From Lingula anatina (lineage: Eukaryota > Animalia > Brachiopoda): a DNA stretch of 64,000 nt. The DNA is taken from assembly GCA_051362555.1 (NCBI GenBank), contig JBPQGU010000016.1:2542001-2606000 (forward strand). Direction: 5' to 3'. The notes under the pieces were generated by a model. That model worked only from the letters and a program-made list of their open reading frames with translations, did not search any database and had not been told where the DNA came from. A program made the translations under genes and the position numbers. Numbering within the stretch: position 1 is the stretch's first letter; each line of letters opens with the position of its first letter. Positions 42,803 through 53,643 of the stretch are shown here, one piece after another.

Positions 42803-43995
42803 AGAAGATCATTCACTTGTTGGTTGAGAATTAGGTAAATACGATGTAAGATTTTTAATGTTTGAAGAATCATATCGTATGTCTGATTCAATGAGAGCAG
42901 CAGCTGGTGTTATATGTCGTAATCAACAGGTACTTTTTAGAATAAATGTATTAAATAATTGATCATATAAATCAGAATTAATTAAAGATTTAGATGAACA
43001 ATTACCATTTGATGGTTATAAAATGGAAAAAATTTTATTTCAAGTCTTAAAGATTATAAAATAAAGAAATTATGGAAAAAGTTCAAGGTTTTCAATATAA
43101 AGAAATTAAAGATCAAAAAAGAGTTATTTGAAAATTAAATCATATTCATTGTTAAGAGCTAATTTAATTAAAATGGAATATGTTGAAAATTTATGATTTG
43201 AAGCTACACGTGATAAATTAAGAAAAGACACAATTTTATGAGGTAAAACTGGTAACTTAGAAACTGGTATGTTTTCTTTGTATATGAAAAAAATTGTTGA
43301 TATTTCTTTTGAAGACAATATAAAAGATTTTAGAACAAATGAAAATTGAATACATTCACATTTTATGGTAGGTATTGACTTAGGATATACTTTTGATAAA
43401 ACTGTTGCTGTTATTGTAGCTATTTCACAAGATTTTAAAAAATTAGAATATTAGATACAAAAATCATAAAAATAAAAACAACTGTTTTAGATATAGAAAA
43501 ACAAATGCTATCAATTGTTGATTTTGTAAAAAGAAAATTAAAAATTTATGGTTATAATTTTGAAGAATATTGAGTTTCTGCAAATACAGTTCATGCAGTT
43601 CAACTTTCAATTGAAACTAAATTTCAACATATTTTTGGTGAAGAATTATTCTATTTTTACAATTTTAAAAGACCGCTTCCATTACTTGAAAGAACAAATC
43701 TTTTAAAGCAATTAATTTCTAATAATGCTTTGAAATTGTTAAAACACAAACTAATCAAAATTTTAAAATAGAATTAGAAAATTTAACATATGGAAATATA
43801 AACATTCCATGACAAACAAAACGTTTAGGTGAAGATGATATTGTTGAAGCATTTGAAAATGCAATTTTTCCAATGTTTAATCGCATATTTTCAAAAGCAT
43901 TTACACGTTGATATGATTTAGGTCCTACTGATTATTCAGATGCACAATTAAATTTAAAATCAGAATTAGAAAAAATAAAAAAACCCACTAAATAA
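42803..43995 (+). pseudogene. terL: 5'-truncated, frameshifted copy of the terminase large subunit gene
   Basis: Matches 61201-62398 except for five 1-bp homopolymer deletions within the coding part. Confidence 0.8.
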
Positions 43996-44006
43996 GTGGG
44001 TTTTTT
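43977..44006. terminator. Bidirectional intrinsic terminator between convergent operons (second copy 62381-62410)
   Basis: AAAAAACCCACT-AAATA-AGTGGGTTTTTT hairpin flanked by A and T tracts. Confidence 0.8.
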
Positions 44007-44089
44007 AACTATAATTTAATACTATACCAAAAATTTTCAATAAAAATATAATATTAAAAATACTCTTAAATAAATTATATACTATAATT

Positions 44090-44566
44090 TTATGATGGAA
44101 AGAAAAATTCTTCTAAGTTTAAATCTTTTTCAGATAAACCTATTTTTTCAATTTTTTCAATTTTTTCTAAATATTCATCAAATTTTTCAGGAATACCGTT
44201 TCTTGAAATAAAACTATTATATTTTTTTTCGTATTCTATTTCATCTGTTTGTTTAACATCATGAGCTTTTTTTATAAATGGTTTTATCAATGCTGCTAAA
44301 ACTATTTGAACAAATCCAGAAATTACAAACATGATTCAAGCACATTCTTCGCCATCAATTTTAATTTGTGATTTTCATTCATCTTTTGCAGATAAAATTA
44401 TTCCAATTAAAAATAATGCTAATGAACAAAAAGTTAAAAATCAATATAATAATTGAAATATACGTCTTATTCATGTAATTTTTGATCAACAAGTTGCAAT
44501 ATAATTAATTGTTGTATCATCTATTTTTAGATTTAATTTTTTATTGTTTATTTCGTTATTAAACAT
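44090..44566 (-). CDS. 158-aa membrane protein with two predicted TM helices, holin-like position (code 4)
   Basis: AGAAAGG SD before ATG at 44566. Open across TGA codons into the listed 44090..44332 ORF. Hydrophobic segments FLTFCSLALFLIGIIL and IMFVISGFVQIVLAALI. Confidence 0.75.
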
Positions 44567-44643
44567 TATTTGCCTTTCTTTTTTTTATTATAACTTTTTA
44601 TATTTGATATCTATTTTCTCTACTATCACTTTTATGTTGTTTC

Positions 44644-47600
44644 TTAACGTTTTTTTCTTTCATTAACTAATTCTCTTATACCACTTGGACTACCCCTGCT
44701 ACTATCTCTATCTGTGAAAGAACCAATTGCTCTAAACATTTTATCTTTTAAATCTTGGACTTTTTGATGTCAAGTAAGAGATTTATGTAAACTTTGTCCT
44801 CTTGAAGTTAAACCATCAATTCAGGCAGCAATTTTTTCATTTGTATTATAAGTTCTAACTAGATTTTGTATTGTAGCATCATTAAAACTAAAATCATCTC
44901 TAACAACCATATCATCTATCATTTCATTAGCAGATAATATTGTTTCATCTGCTGATATTGGTTCTGGTCCAAAATGGTGAATTAATCTAAATGTTATTCT
45001 TGTTCCATTAGCTGGTTTAATCACTTGTGTATAAGATTTATTTAAATCATAAGTATCAGCTAATGTAGATTTTACAAATACAACTTTTAAAAACTTAATT
45101 AATCTACCCATATGTTCCCAAGAACTTTCTTGATTTTCTCTTACATTAATATTTAATATTGAGTTTGAAGTAGTTATTCCATAATCACCTTTCATTTTAA
45201 TACCTCTTGATGAATATATTTGTCCTGGATAAATTGCTGTTGTTTTTGTACTTAAATATGTTTTTGCTACTGAGCTATTTGTTTCTATTTCTGTTGTAAA
45301 ACATCTTTTTCTATAAGTTCTATCTTGTTGTGTTTTAAAGAAATGTAATAAAGTAAAACAATTTTCAAGTCTTGGTGTAGCAGTAAATGTATATCTAGCG
45401 GTAGGACCTGGTTCAGCATTTAATAAATTAAATGAGTTTCAATTATAACAAGTAAAGGGAACAGTAAATCCTTCTTCCATTCTATTTCATAACATATTAT
45501 CAGTTGCATTTGTATCATTTGTAAATATTAAACCAGCAACAGCTAAAAATTTATCTTCTTGTATTAAATTGTTTTCTGCTTTTGATAATATGAAATCAAA
45601 ATCTACTTTTCAATTAGAGTTATTAATTTTTGAATTATCTTGGAATGTTAGTATTAAAAAATTGTCAGTAGTATGTCATACTGTAATTGCTTCTTTTGTA
45701 TTATTTTCAACTAATTTAGGAATACCTTCACTTCATTCAACAACAAAAGTTGGTTCTTCTCCACCAGCATCACCTTTATCACCTTTATCACCTTTAGGTC
45801 CTGCTGGTCCTGCTGGTCCTATTTGTCTATCAGCTCATCTAACATCTTTAACTTTTATATTATCTTTAAACTTAACATCATTTAAACTAATACCACCACC
45901 CGTTGGCCTTAAATTAGCAATTGTATTTTCAATATTATCAATTTTTTCTTTTAACGGGTCAAACTCATCTGTTTTTATTGTGGTAAGTGCATTTTGAACT
46001 GATGTTCTTGTTCTAGTTATAATATCATCTAATGTTCTTTTATTTATACCATCACTAGGTAATAATGGGTCTCCAACAGAAATTATTCTATTATTTCTTA
46101 ATGATATAGGTTTATGAAAACCTGTATAAGTTCCTGCCAAGAACATATTTTCAGTTCCAGCTACTTTTAATGATGCTTCATTATCACTATTTACTTCAAC
46201 ATCAAAATTACCTCATTTACTATCACCTGCTGGTCCTTGTTCTCCTCTTTGTCCGTGTGCACCTTGTGGTCCTATTGGTCCTCTTGGTCCTGTATCTCCT
46301 TTATCACCTTTAGGTCCTTGTGGTCCTGCTGGTCCTCTTGGTCCTATTCCACTACCGCCACTACTTGGTAAATTAGCAATAGCATTATCTAATTGCCTTT
46401 TGTTTATAGCATCTTTTGGTGCTGTTCCATCAGCAACATCCACTATTTTATTATTTTCTAAATCTAATGTTTTTCCACTAAATAAAAAAAGCTTATTATC
46501 TGTAAATTGTAAATATTTATTAATTAATGGTGATGGTTGTTTTCTTTCTAAAATACCTATATTAACAACTTTTTTACCACCTCTACTAATAAATTGTTTT
46601 ATATATATATCACCAACTTTTGTTCCGCCAGCAAATGTAGCATCACCACCTGAACCTCCACCACTAGGTAAATTATCTAAACGATTTTTATTATCAATAA
46701 TTCCTGCTGTATTAGCATTAACTCTTTCTTTTAATGGATCAAGTTCCTCTGTTTTTATTCTTGTAAGTGTAGTTTGTGTTGCTTCTTGTGTACTAGTTAT
46801 ATTTCTAGTATTTTGTGATACTTGATTTCTTAATGCATTTGTTGCTTGTTCTATATTATCTACATTTTGATTTGTTGTATCTAAATTAGAACTTAATTGA
46901 TTTATTTGAGTTCTAGCTGTTGTAATATTTGACCTGTTATTTCTAATATTTGTTGCATTTTCAAAAGTTTTGTTTTCTGTAAGTGTAATGTGTCCTGTTA
47001 AACTATCTACATCATCTCTAAGGTCTTTATTAATCTCGTATTGATTAGGTCCACCCTCTTCTTGATTATTAGTAGCTAATAATTCATTTGTTTTACTTGC
47101 ACCACCAACACTACTACCTGTTCCTGGATCACCTTTGTCACCTTTAGGTCCTCTAGCGTTTTCTTTTATAAAATTTTTAAAATCATTAGAACTTAAAAGC
47201 TTTGAAACCAATACACCAGCTGTTGCTGGATATTGATCAATAAATAAATCAAGAAAAGTAGCTCTTACAGCTTTAAAAAATTTATCATCATATTCTAATT
47301 GAATTTCTCTTTTTTTAATAACTTGATTTAAAAAAAAAATTGAAACTTGTTCTAGTTCAGAAATTACTGGAACAGAGTATTCAAACTTTAAAAATTGATT
47401 AACATCATTAACAGATATTGGGATTACTGAATAATTTTTATTAGTTCCAAAAGAATCATTTCCTTTTTCAAAAATAAATTTAATTAGTAAACAAATTGCA
47501 TTTCTTAGATGTAATTTGTCATTATTAGATAATGAATTTCATTTAGATTCTTCAGATAATTGATAATCATTTAAATCCCTGTTGATTTTCATCACAGCAA

Positions 47601-47802
47601 TTGTAAAATATTCTTGCAAGTATTCATTTGTAACATCTTTAATTGTTGGATCTAAAAATGTTAAATGAAGTTCTTTTGTAAAATATTGATAAACATCATT
47701 ATTATTCCTAATTTGTGGATTAGGAATTTTTTGTCCTGGATTTTTAGGATCATCAATTTCAAGTACTAAATTTTTATAATTTTTAAAAATATATTCAAAC
47801 AT
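44644..47802 (-). CDS. 1052-aa virion fibre protein with collagen repeats and coiled coils; possible head-tail adaptor-like N-terminus (code 4)
   Basis: Listed ORFs starting 47802, 47211, 46146 and 45195 are all in one frame, separated only by TGA. The first TAA is at 44644-44646. Gly-X-Y tracts and [14 protein letters not shown] / [14 protein letters not shown] fibre-neck-like motifs are present. Confidence 0.82.
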
Positions 47803-47826
47803 AATTGATATTTAAAAAAATTAAAA

Positions 47827-48906
47827 TTATGTATATTGAAAAGGTCTTCTTGTTCCAATTTTAATTCTTTTAATAAATTTTAAAGCTACTTGACCACTTG
47901 CTGAAACAAATTTGTCCCCTGATATCGGATCATGTGTATCAGGATCTGTATCTGTTCAAACTTCTTGAAAACCAACCACAGTTGTTGCAGAATTTATATA
48001 TTTTCCATCATTTTTAACTAAAATTACAGCATGAATATCTGAAAAATCAAATGATTCAGTATCATGTAAAATTCCAGCTGGATAATTGTTACCAAGTAAA
48101 TTATCTTCATAAATTGTAATTCCATTAACTTTTACAGCGGCTCTATTTTCTAGAATTTGTTGTACACTATGACCAAATCTACCTAAAGCAAATGTTATTT
48201 TTAAAAATGTAATTGGTGAAACAAATATTATGATTTTTTCTTTTTCAATTCCATCAGTAAATTGATCTATTAAATTTGTTATAGATAATGTTTGTTTTAA
48301 TAAATCATTTAATATTTTTCCATTTTCATCTGAATGTGGATATGTGGTATCATTAGAACTATCAAAATTAAATGATGGATTATATTGATTAATATTTCCA
48401 GCAGCAGGTGTTGTTTTAGCTAATAATTTTCAAGATGTCTTTGAAGCCGTTGGAACTTCTCACTCTTTTGAATTTGCAGTATCAATTACTGTTTTAAAAA
48501 ATCTTGCAGCAATTAATTTAGTTTTTTGAGCAGCTAAACTTGACATTACAACTCCTCTTAAATCCCCTGTTTTAGTGAACAATGCTGCATCTGCTGAATC
48601 TGTTGTGAATACAACTTTATCGTAATTTTCCATGAAAATATTTACATCTTCAGTTTTTAATTTTTGTCTTTCTGTAGTTGAACCAACAGTTTTATATTGC
48701 AATTTATATGCAATCTTTTTTTGTACTGTTGCTCCTTTGTTAACTTCTTCAATTTGAATAAAACCTGCATGAAATAAACCTGATACTTTATTTAAAATAC
48801 GTGAAATGTCTTCATACATTAATGTACCAGCTATTTTATTACCTTGTCCATCTTCAATAGATAAAGTTCTAGCTAATTTTTGTGTAGTTGTTGAAATACT
48901 TGCCAT
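47827..48906 (-). CDS. 359-aa putative major capsid protein (code 4)
   Basis: Open across three TGA to TAA at 47827. Size and position directly after a scaffold-like gene fit. IIIFVSP..KVNGITIYEDN resembles HK97-fold A-domain motifs. Confidence 0.7.
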
Positions 48907-48908
48907 TG

Positions 48909-49355
48909 TTAATTATTTTCTCCTTGATCAAAAACAACTCTTGGTTGTTTTTTTGGTGTTTTATCAATTTTAATTTGTTTTTCTTTAGAAAATGATGGAA
49001 TTGAACTTTCCATTGTTTCTTCTTTTTCTGTTTCAATTTTATTATTTTTTAATGGTTTTTCATTAAAAAATGAAGATAAATTTAAATCATTTATATCTAA
49101 ACCAGCTGATTTTGCTTTATCTATTTTTTGAATGTATTCATTAAATTTATCTTTTTTACCACCATCTAAAATAAATTTATTTTTTTTAAATTCTAATTTT
49201 TCATTTTGAAATGTTTTTTTTTGAAATTCAAAATCTTTTTTTTCTTTTTTTAATTTTTCTATTGTTTCTTTTGTTTCTTCTTGAAGTTTTTTAAATTCTT
49301 CTTTTTCTTTTAAAAAGTTTAAATATTCATTTGTTTTGTTAAAATCATTTTCCAT
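48909..49355 (-). CDS. 148-aa charged coiled-coil protein, putative capsid scaffold
   Basis: K/E-rich helical protein immediately upstream of the putative MCP. Confidence 0.6.
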   Translation of the reverse strand: MENDFNKTNEYLNFLKEKEEFKKLQEETKETIEKLKKEKKDFEFQKKTFQNEKLEFKKNKFILDGGKKDKFNEYIQKIDKAKSAGLDINDLNLSSFFNEKPLKNNKIETEKEETMESSIPSFSKEKQIKIDKTPKKQPRVVFDQGENN

Positions 49356-50254
49356 AATATAATAATGTAATAATAAAAGAGAGGAAAAAGCATTCCATGT
49401 TTAATGTAATATATTTAAGTATAATAAATCAAAAAAAATTATTTTTTAAAAACAACAAACAAAAAATGCTTTTTTTTATTAAAAACAGTAAACAAAAAAC
49501 AAACACAAAACAAGTCCTACCTATCTTACGTAAGCTGTCCGCCTACTGCTTAATTTAATTATATATTAATTTAATTTATTTTTATTTTTTTTATAATTTA
49601 AGTTAATAATTTTTTTTAAAGCTTTTTTAGAAGTGTTGGGAAGTTATTATTATTATAAAAAAAATATAGCTTTCCCACTACTATTACCAGAATAGTATAT
49701 ATATACATATATATTAAGAAATATATAATATATAGAAAAATATGTCAAAAATCAATTTATTATAAAAAATTTATATTGTTAAATTTTTTTATATATCGCT
49801 ATTCTGTATAATGAGCAGCGGGTTTTGCCAACTTTTTTATAATAATTAAATTTATTATATTATTTAAATTAAATAATTACAAGAAAAAATATTCTAATTT
49901 AATACTATACCAAAAACAACCAATAGCAAGTCCTTGCAAATTTATATACAAAAAAAAGCAGACATTTCTGCCTGCTAATGTTGTGTAAGTAACAAAAATT
50001 TTTTAAAAAAAACAAATCCAATAGTTTTAAAAAAAAATTTATTTAATTCTAGTTTTAACAATACAACTAGCAAGTCCTTACTATCTTATTATCTATCAAA
50101 AACAAAAAATAAAAATATTTATAAAAAATATTTTAAATAAATAATAAATATATATTATAATAAAAATATTAAATAAATAATATTAAATATATAATAAAAA
50201 TATTAAATAAATAATATTATTTATTATAATAATAAAAATATAGAAAGGAAAAAT
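49356..50254. promoter_or_regulatory. Extremely AT-rich divergent control region (promoters, possible origin)
   Basis: A 900-bp non-coding gap lies between divergent operons. CAAGTCCT motif x3 (49511, 49927, 50071), imperfect hairpin 49633-49681, AT direct repeats 50150-50240. Confidence 0.6.
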
Positions 50255-50407
50255 ATGAAAGTAACAATAACAGCCAGAGTTGAACATGACTTATGAAAAA
50301 AAATTCAAAAGTTATGTTTTAAAAAAGGAATTACATTTTCAAGTTTTGTAAATGATTCAATAAAAATGCATTTTGAAAATGAAAAATTAATTAGTAAAAA
50401 AAATTAA
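50255..50407 (+). CDS. 50-aa ribbon-helix-helix (CopG/Arc-like) regulator
   Basis: Strong SD. MKVTITARVEHDLWKKIQKLCFKKGITFSSFVNDSIKMHF follows the RHH pattern. Confidence 0.7.
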
Positions 50408-50432
50408 ATAAAAAAAGAAAGAAAACACAAAA

Positions 50433-50606
50433 ATGGAATATTATAAAAATCAAAAAATAGTTAAAAAATATTTGAATTGTTTTGAATTAGAAAATGGTGA
50501 AATTATTAAATGTAATAATGGAATATGTTTAATATGTAAAAACATTAACTATTTTATGGATGATAAAAAAATAGTTAGTTGTAATTGTTTTAAAAATCAA
50601 AAATAG
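50433..50606 (+). CDS. 57-aa Cys-rich protein
   Basis: MEYYKNQ..KCNNGICLICK..SCNCFKNQK. Confidence 0.6.
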   Translation: MEYYKNQKIVKKYLNCFELENGEIIKCNNGICLICKNINYFMDDKKIVSCNCFKNQK

Positions 50607-50621
50607 AAAGGAAAAAAACAA

Positions 50622-50741
50622 ATGACATATTGTAAAAATTGTGAAAAAAATGTAGATGCTTACCACATTCAATGTGAGTGTATGTATCCATCTTGTAAAT
50701 ATAATATTTGCACTGAATGTAAAAAAATAATTGTTGATTAA
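50622..50741 (+). CDS. 39-aa Cys-rich Zn-finger-like microprotein
   Basis: SD AGAAAGGA. MTYCKNCEKNVDAYHIQCECMYPSCKYNICTECKKIIVD. Confidence 0.65.
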   Translation: MTYCKNCEKNVDAYHIQCECMYPSCKYNICTECKKIIVD

Positions 50742-50777
50742 GAAATAAAAACTGAAAGGAAAAAAAAATAAAAAATA

Positions 50778-50981
50778 ATGAATTTATTAGATCTAGAAAA
50801 AATAAGAGTTTGCAGAGTTTGTAAAATTAGAGAAAGTAATCAAAATTTAAAAAAAATAATTGTTTCTAATGTTTGAAGAATGAAAAACAGTTATTTATAT
50901 GATGAATGATTTGTATGTAGAAAATGTTTAAGAATAAAATTTAAAAAAGATAATTTACAAAGTTATTCATATTTAAAATAG
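50778..50981 (+). CDS. 67-aa protein with two CxxC motifs (code 4)
   Basis: CRVC..CRKC, open across two TGA. Confidence 0.65.
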
Positions 50982-50994
50982 AAAGGAATAAATA

Positions 50995-51321
50995 ATGGAA
51001 TTGAAATATAGAGCTTGTTGTGAATGTTTTGAAGTTATAAGTTCAGGAAAGTATTATTTAACAGCTGAAAGTTTTGGAAGATATACAAGATGTTTTAAAT
51101 GTCATTATAAAAAGAATAGGATAAAAAAAATGAAAATTGAAGAAAAAATGAAATGTTATAGTTGCTTAAAAATGTTTAATTCTAAAGAACTTAAACATAT
51201 TTATGTTAATGAATGACCAAATCAATTAGATAATGCATATGTTTGTACTGCATGTTTTAAAAGCAATATTAAAAAAGATTTTATAGTATATGAAAAGATT
51301 AAATGAAAGGATATTAAATAA
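50995..51321 (+). CDS. 108-aa protein with four CxxC motifs (code 4)
   Basis: CCEC, CFKC, CYSC, CTAC. The fourth motif appears only after TGA read-through. Confidence 0.7.
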
Positions 51322-51440
51322 TGGGAAAAGTAAACTTAGTAATAGAAATATTAAAAGAGTTAAAAAAAATAAATAAAAATTTACAAGAAATAAATGATAC
51401 TTTAATGACTGGGTTGGACGTTATAGATGTAACAGATTAA
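51321..51440 (+). CDS. 39-aa coiled-coil microprotein
   Basis: TAATG coupling. MGKVNLVIEILKELKKINKNLQEINDTLMTGLDVIDVTD. Confidence 0.5.
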   Translation: MGKVNLVIEILKELKKINKNLQEINDTLMTGLDVIDVTD

Positions 51441-51462
51441 ATAGATTAAGGAGTGTATAAAT

Positions 51463-51816
51463 ATGAAAATAATAAAAACAAAAGAATTTAAACTAACAAA
51501 AGAAGAAATTAAAGAATTTGAAAAAGATCAAAAAAAATATGATAGACATTATTATTTTAAATGTTTAGGATGTAACAAAAGATACAACAATTTAAGAAAC
51601 GATACAATTCAAAGCCAATATTGTTCTTTGGTTTGTAAAATAGAATATTTTGACAAAAATGAAAAGTTGTCAAAAGAAAACCCTAAAGCATGAAAAAAGA
51701 AATTAGGTCTTAAAGATCTAGATGAAAGATTTTGAAATTTAAAACAAAAACACCAACAAAAACTAGATAAAACAATAGAAAAATTAAAAAAAGATACAGA
51801 AGGGAATAAAAATTAA
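51463..51816 (+). CDS. 117-aa protein with CxxC..YCSxxC treble-clef-like motif (code 4)
   Basis: SD AAGGAG. CLGC..YCSLVC. Confidence 0.65.
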
Positions 51817-52072
51817 AGCTATAAATGAAATAACAAAACTTAATTTAGATTGTAATTGTTATCCATGTTTTAGAGTAAAAAAAGGTGATATATCTTGTCA
51901 AGAAACTGCAAAATTTTTAATAATAGATAAAGAAAATAAATTTAATCAAAAGTTTTTATGTACAACATGTTTAAAAGAAAGAATTGATGATTTAGAATTT
52001 AAAAAAAATAAATTAGATGATGAAATTACACTTTTTAAAAATATGTTAAAGGAATTCAAAGAAAAAAAATAA
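51806..52072 (+). CDS. ~88-aa Cys-rich protein, start codon uncertain (ATA/ATT)
   Basis: Open frame with CNCYPC..C..CTTC, ending in a TAATG overlap. SD-like AGAAGGGA upstream but no ATG. Confidence 0.45.
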   Translation: MKIKAINEITKLNLDCNCYPCFRVKKGDISCQETAKFLIIDKENKFNQKFLCTTCLKERIDDLEFKKNKLDDEITLFKNMLKEFKEKK

Positions 52073-52491
52073 TGGAAAATATAAAAATAATTAAAAATTT
52101 AATATGTAAAAATTGTAAAAAAAAAGATTATCAATTTAATGGACAAAAAGTTTATATGAATAAAAGAACTAATGAAATTTTATGTTCATCATGTTTTGCA
52201 AAAAGACATATTGGTAAAGATCAAGTTGATATTGTTCAACTTAAATTTCCAGATGCAATTCAAAGAATTATAGACTTAGAAAAAAAACTTGAATTTTTAA
52301 AAGGTAAAAATTTTTTAATTAATAAAATGTTGAAATTTATTGCATTAAAACCAAGTTATACTTCAGAAGAAATAACTAAAGAATTATTAAAAACTTCATT
52401 TGGAATTAATGAAGAAATTATACAAACAGAAAAAGAAATAGAAACAAAAGTAAATGAAGATATCAAAAATAGGGAGATATTAAATGATTAA
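52072..52491 (+). CDS. 139-aa protein with two CxxC motifs and a coiled coil
   Basis: CKNC..CSSC. Confidence 0.7.
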   Translation: MENIKIIKNLICKNCKKKDYQFNGQKVYMNKRTNEILCSSCFAKRHIGKDQVDIVQLKFPDAIQRIIDLEKKLEFLKGKNFLINKMLKFIALKPSYTSEEITKELLKTSFGINEEIIQTEKEIETKVNEDIKNREILND

Positions 52492-52657
52492 AACAAATAC
52501 TATTAAATATTGTATGAATTGTAACCGTTTAACTATTTGATCTATTCTTAAAGATATAAATATAAAAAAAATTGGAAAAAAAGATTTGTTCTATTGTGAT
52601 TTTTGTTTTGGTGATAAAAAAGGAGTAGATATAAGAAATTATTCTTGAATGAAATAA
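52484..52657 (+). CDS. 57-aa Zn-ribbon-like protein (code 4)
   Basis: SD AGGGAG. YCMNC..YCDFC. Confidence 0.65.
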
Positions 52658-52830
52658 TGAATTATAAATCAATACTATATGCTTTAGAAAAATGTAATGA
52701 ATGTGAAGATCCACGTTCAAATTTAAAATGTGAATATGGATGTGGTTGATGTTTCCTCCATTGCATTGGACATTATACAAAAGATGGAAAAATTGTTTTT
52801 TCTAAAAAATATCAAAAAAATATAAAATAA
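52657..52830 (+). CDS. 57-aa Cys/His-rich protein (code 4)
   Basis: TAATG coupling. CNEC..CEYGCGWCFLHC..H. Confidence 0.6.
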
Positions 52831-53104
52831 AAATATCGGGGTTGGTTGATTGTTTTTATTGTATTATTATTTCATTTCTCATAATTACATTTTCCAACCC
52901 CAAAATAAAAATATAAAATAAAAAATAAATATGGTAAGTTTTTATTTCTTACCACTAAATACCATTCATACCGCAACCATTGTTAAAATAATGTATTATC
53001 TTATTCTTTTTATTTCTTGGTTGCGGTTGTTTTTTAAATAAAAAAAATAATATTAAAATATAAAAAAAATATTATAATAAAAATTATAGAAAGGAAAAGA
53101 AAAA

Positions 53105-53641
53105 ATGAAAATTGAATTTAAAAAAGAAGAAGAAAAATCAGATAATGAAATATTAAATAATATGAAAAAATATTCAAAAAAAGAATTGATTGATTATTTT
53201 GAAAAATTAATTTTTATGAAATCTTTATTAGAAGATGAAAAAGATAAAGTAAATGAATATAGAGAAAATGCTTTAGAATGTTTAGAAAGAATTATAAATA
53301 AAGCATCAAGATTAGCTAAATTTTTTGAAAAAGAAATTTCAGAAAGAAAAGATGAATTAGAAATTAAATATGGTAAAAAATTAGCAGATTTTTTAAATAA
53401 ATATCATTTTTATCAAAATGGAGATGATCACTTTCATGTTTGTAATGATAATGATGATGGTGGTATTTTTAATATATATATTACTGATAAAAAAGAATAT
53501 AACAAATATAATTTTTACAATAAAGTTATAGAACCAAGTTGAGGTCAATTTTGTTATTATAGTTTTGGTTCAAACAATTTAGATGAATTTATTGAAAAAT
53601 TTAATAATATGTTAAAAGAAATTAAAGATAGAAAGGAATAA
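53105..53641 (+). CDS. 178-aa hypothetical protein (code 4)
   Basis: Strong SD. The listed ORF extends through TGA at 53540 to TAA at 53639-53641. Confidence 0.7.
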
Positions 53642-53643
53642 AT

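Noticed and set aside
46213-46340. Collagen repeats as evidence of capture from the animal host
   Set aside because: Short GPKGDKG/GPQG tracts are common in phage fibres and share the phage codon bias.
45569-46825. Plus-strand ORFs 45569..45997 and 46400..46825 (also 54418..54759, 43124..43318 and 61540..61869 on the minus strand)
   Set aside because: They are antisense shadows of the collagen and terminase genes.
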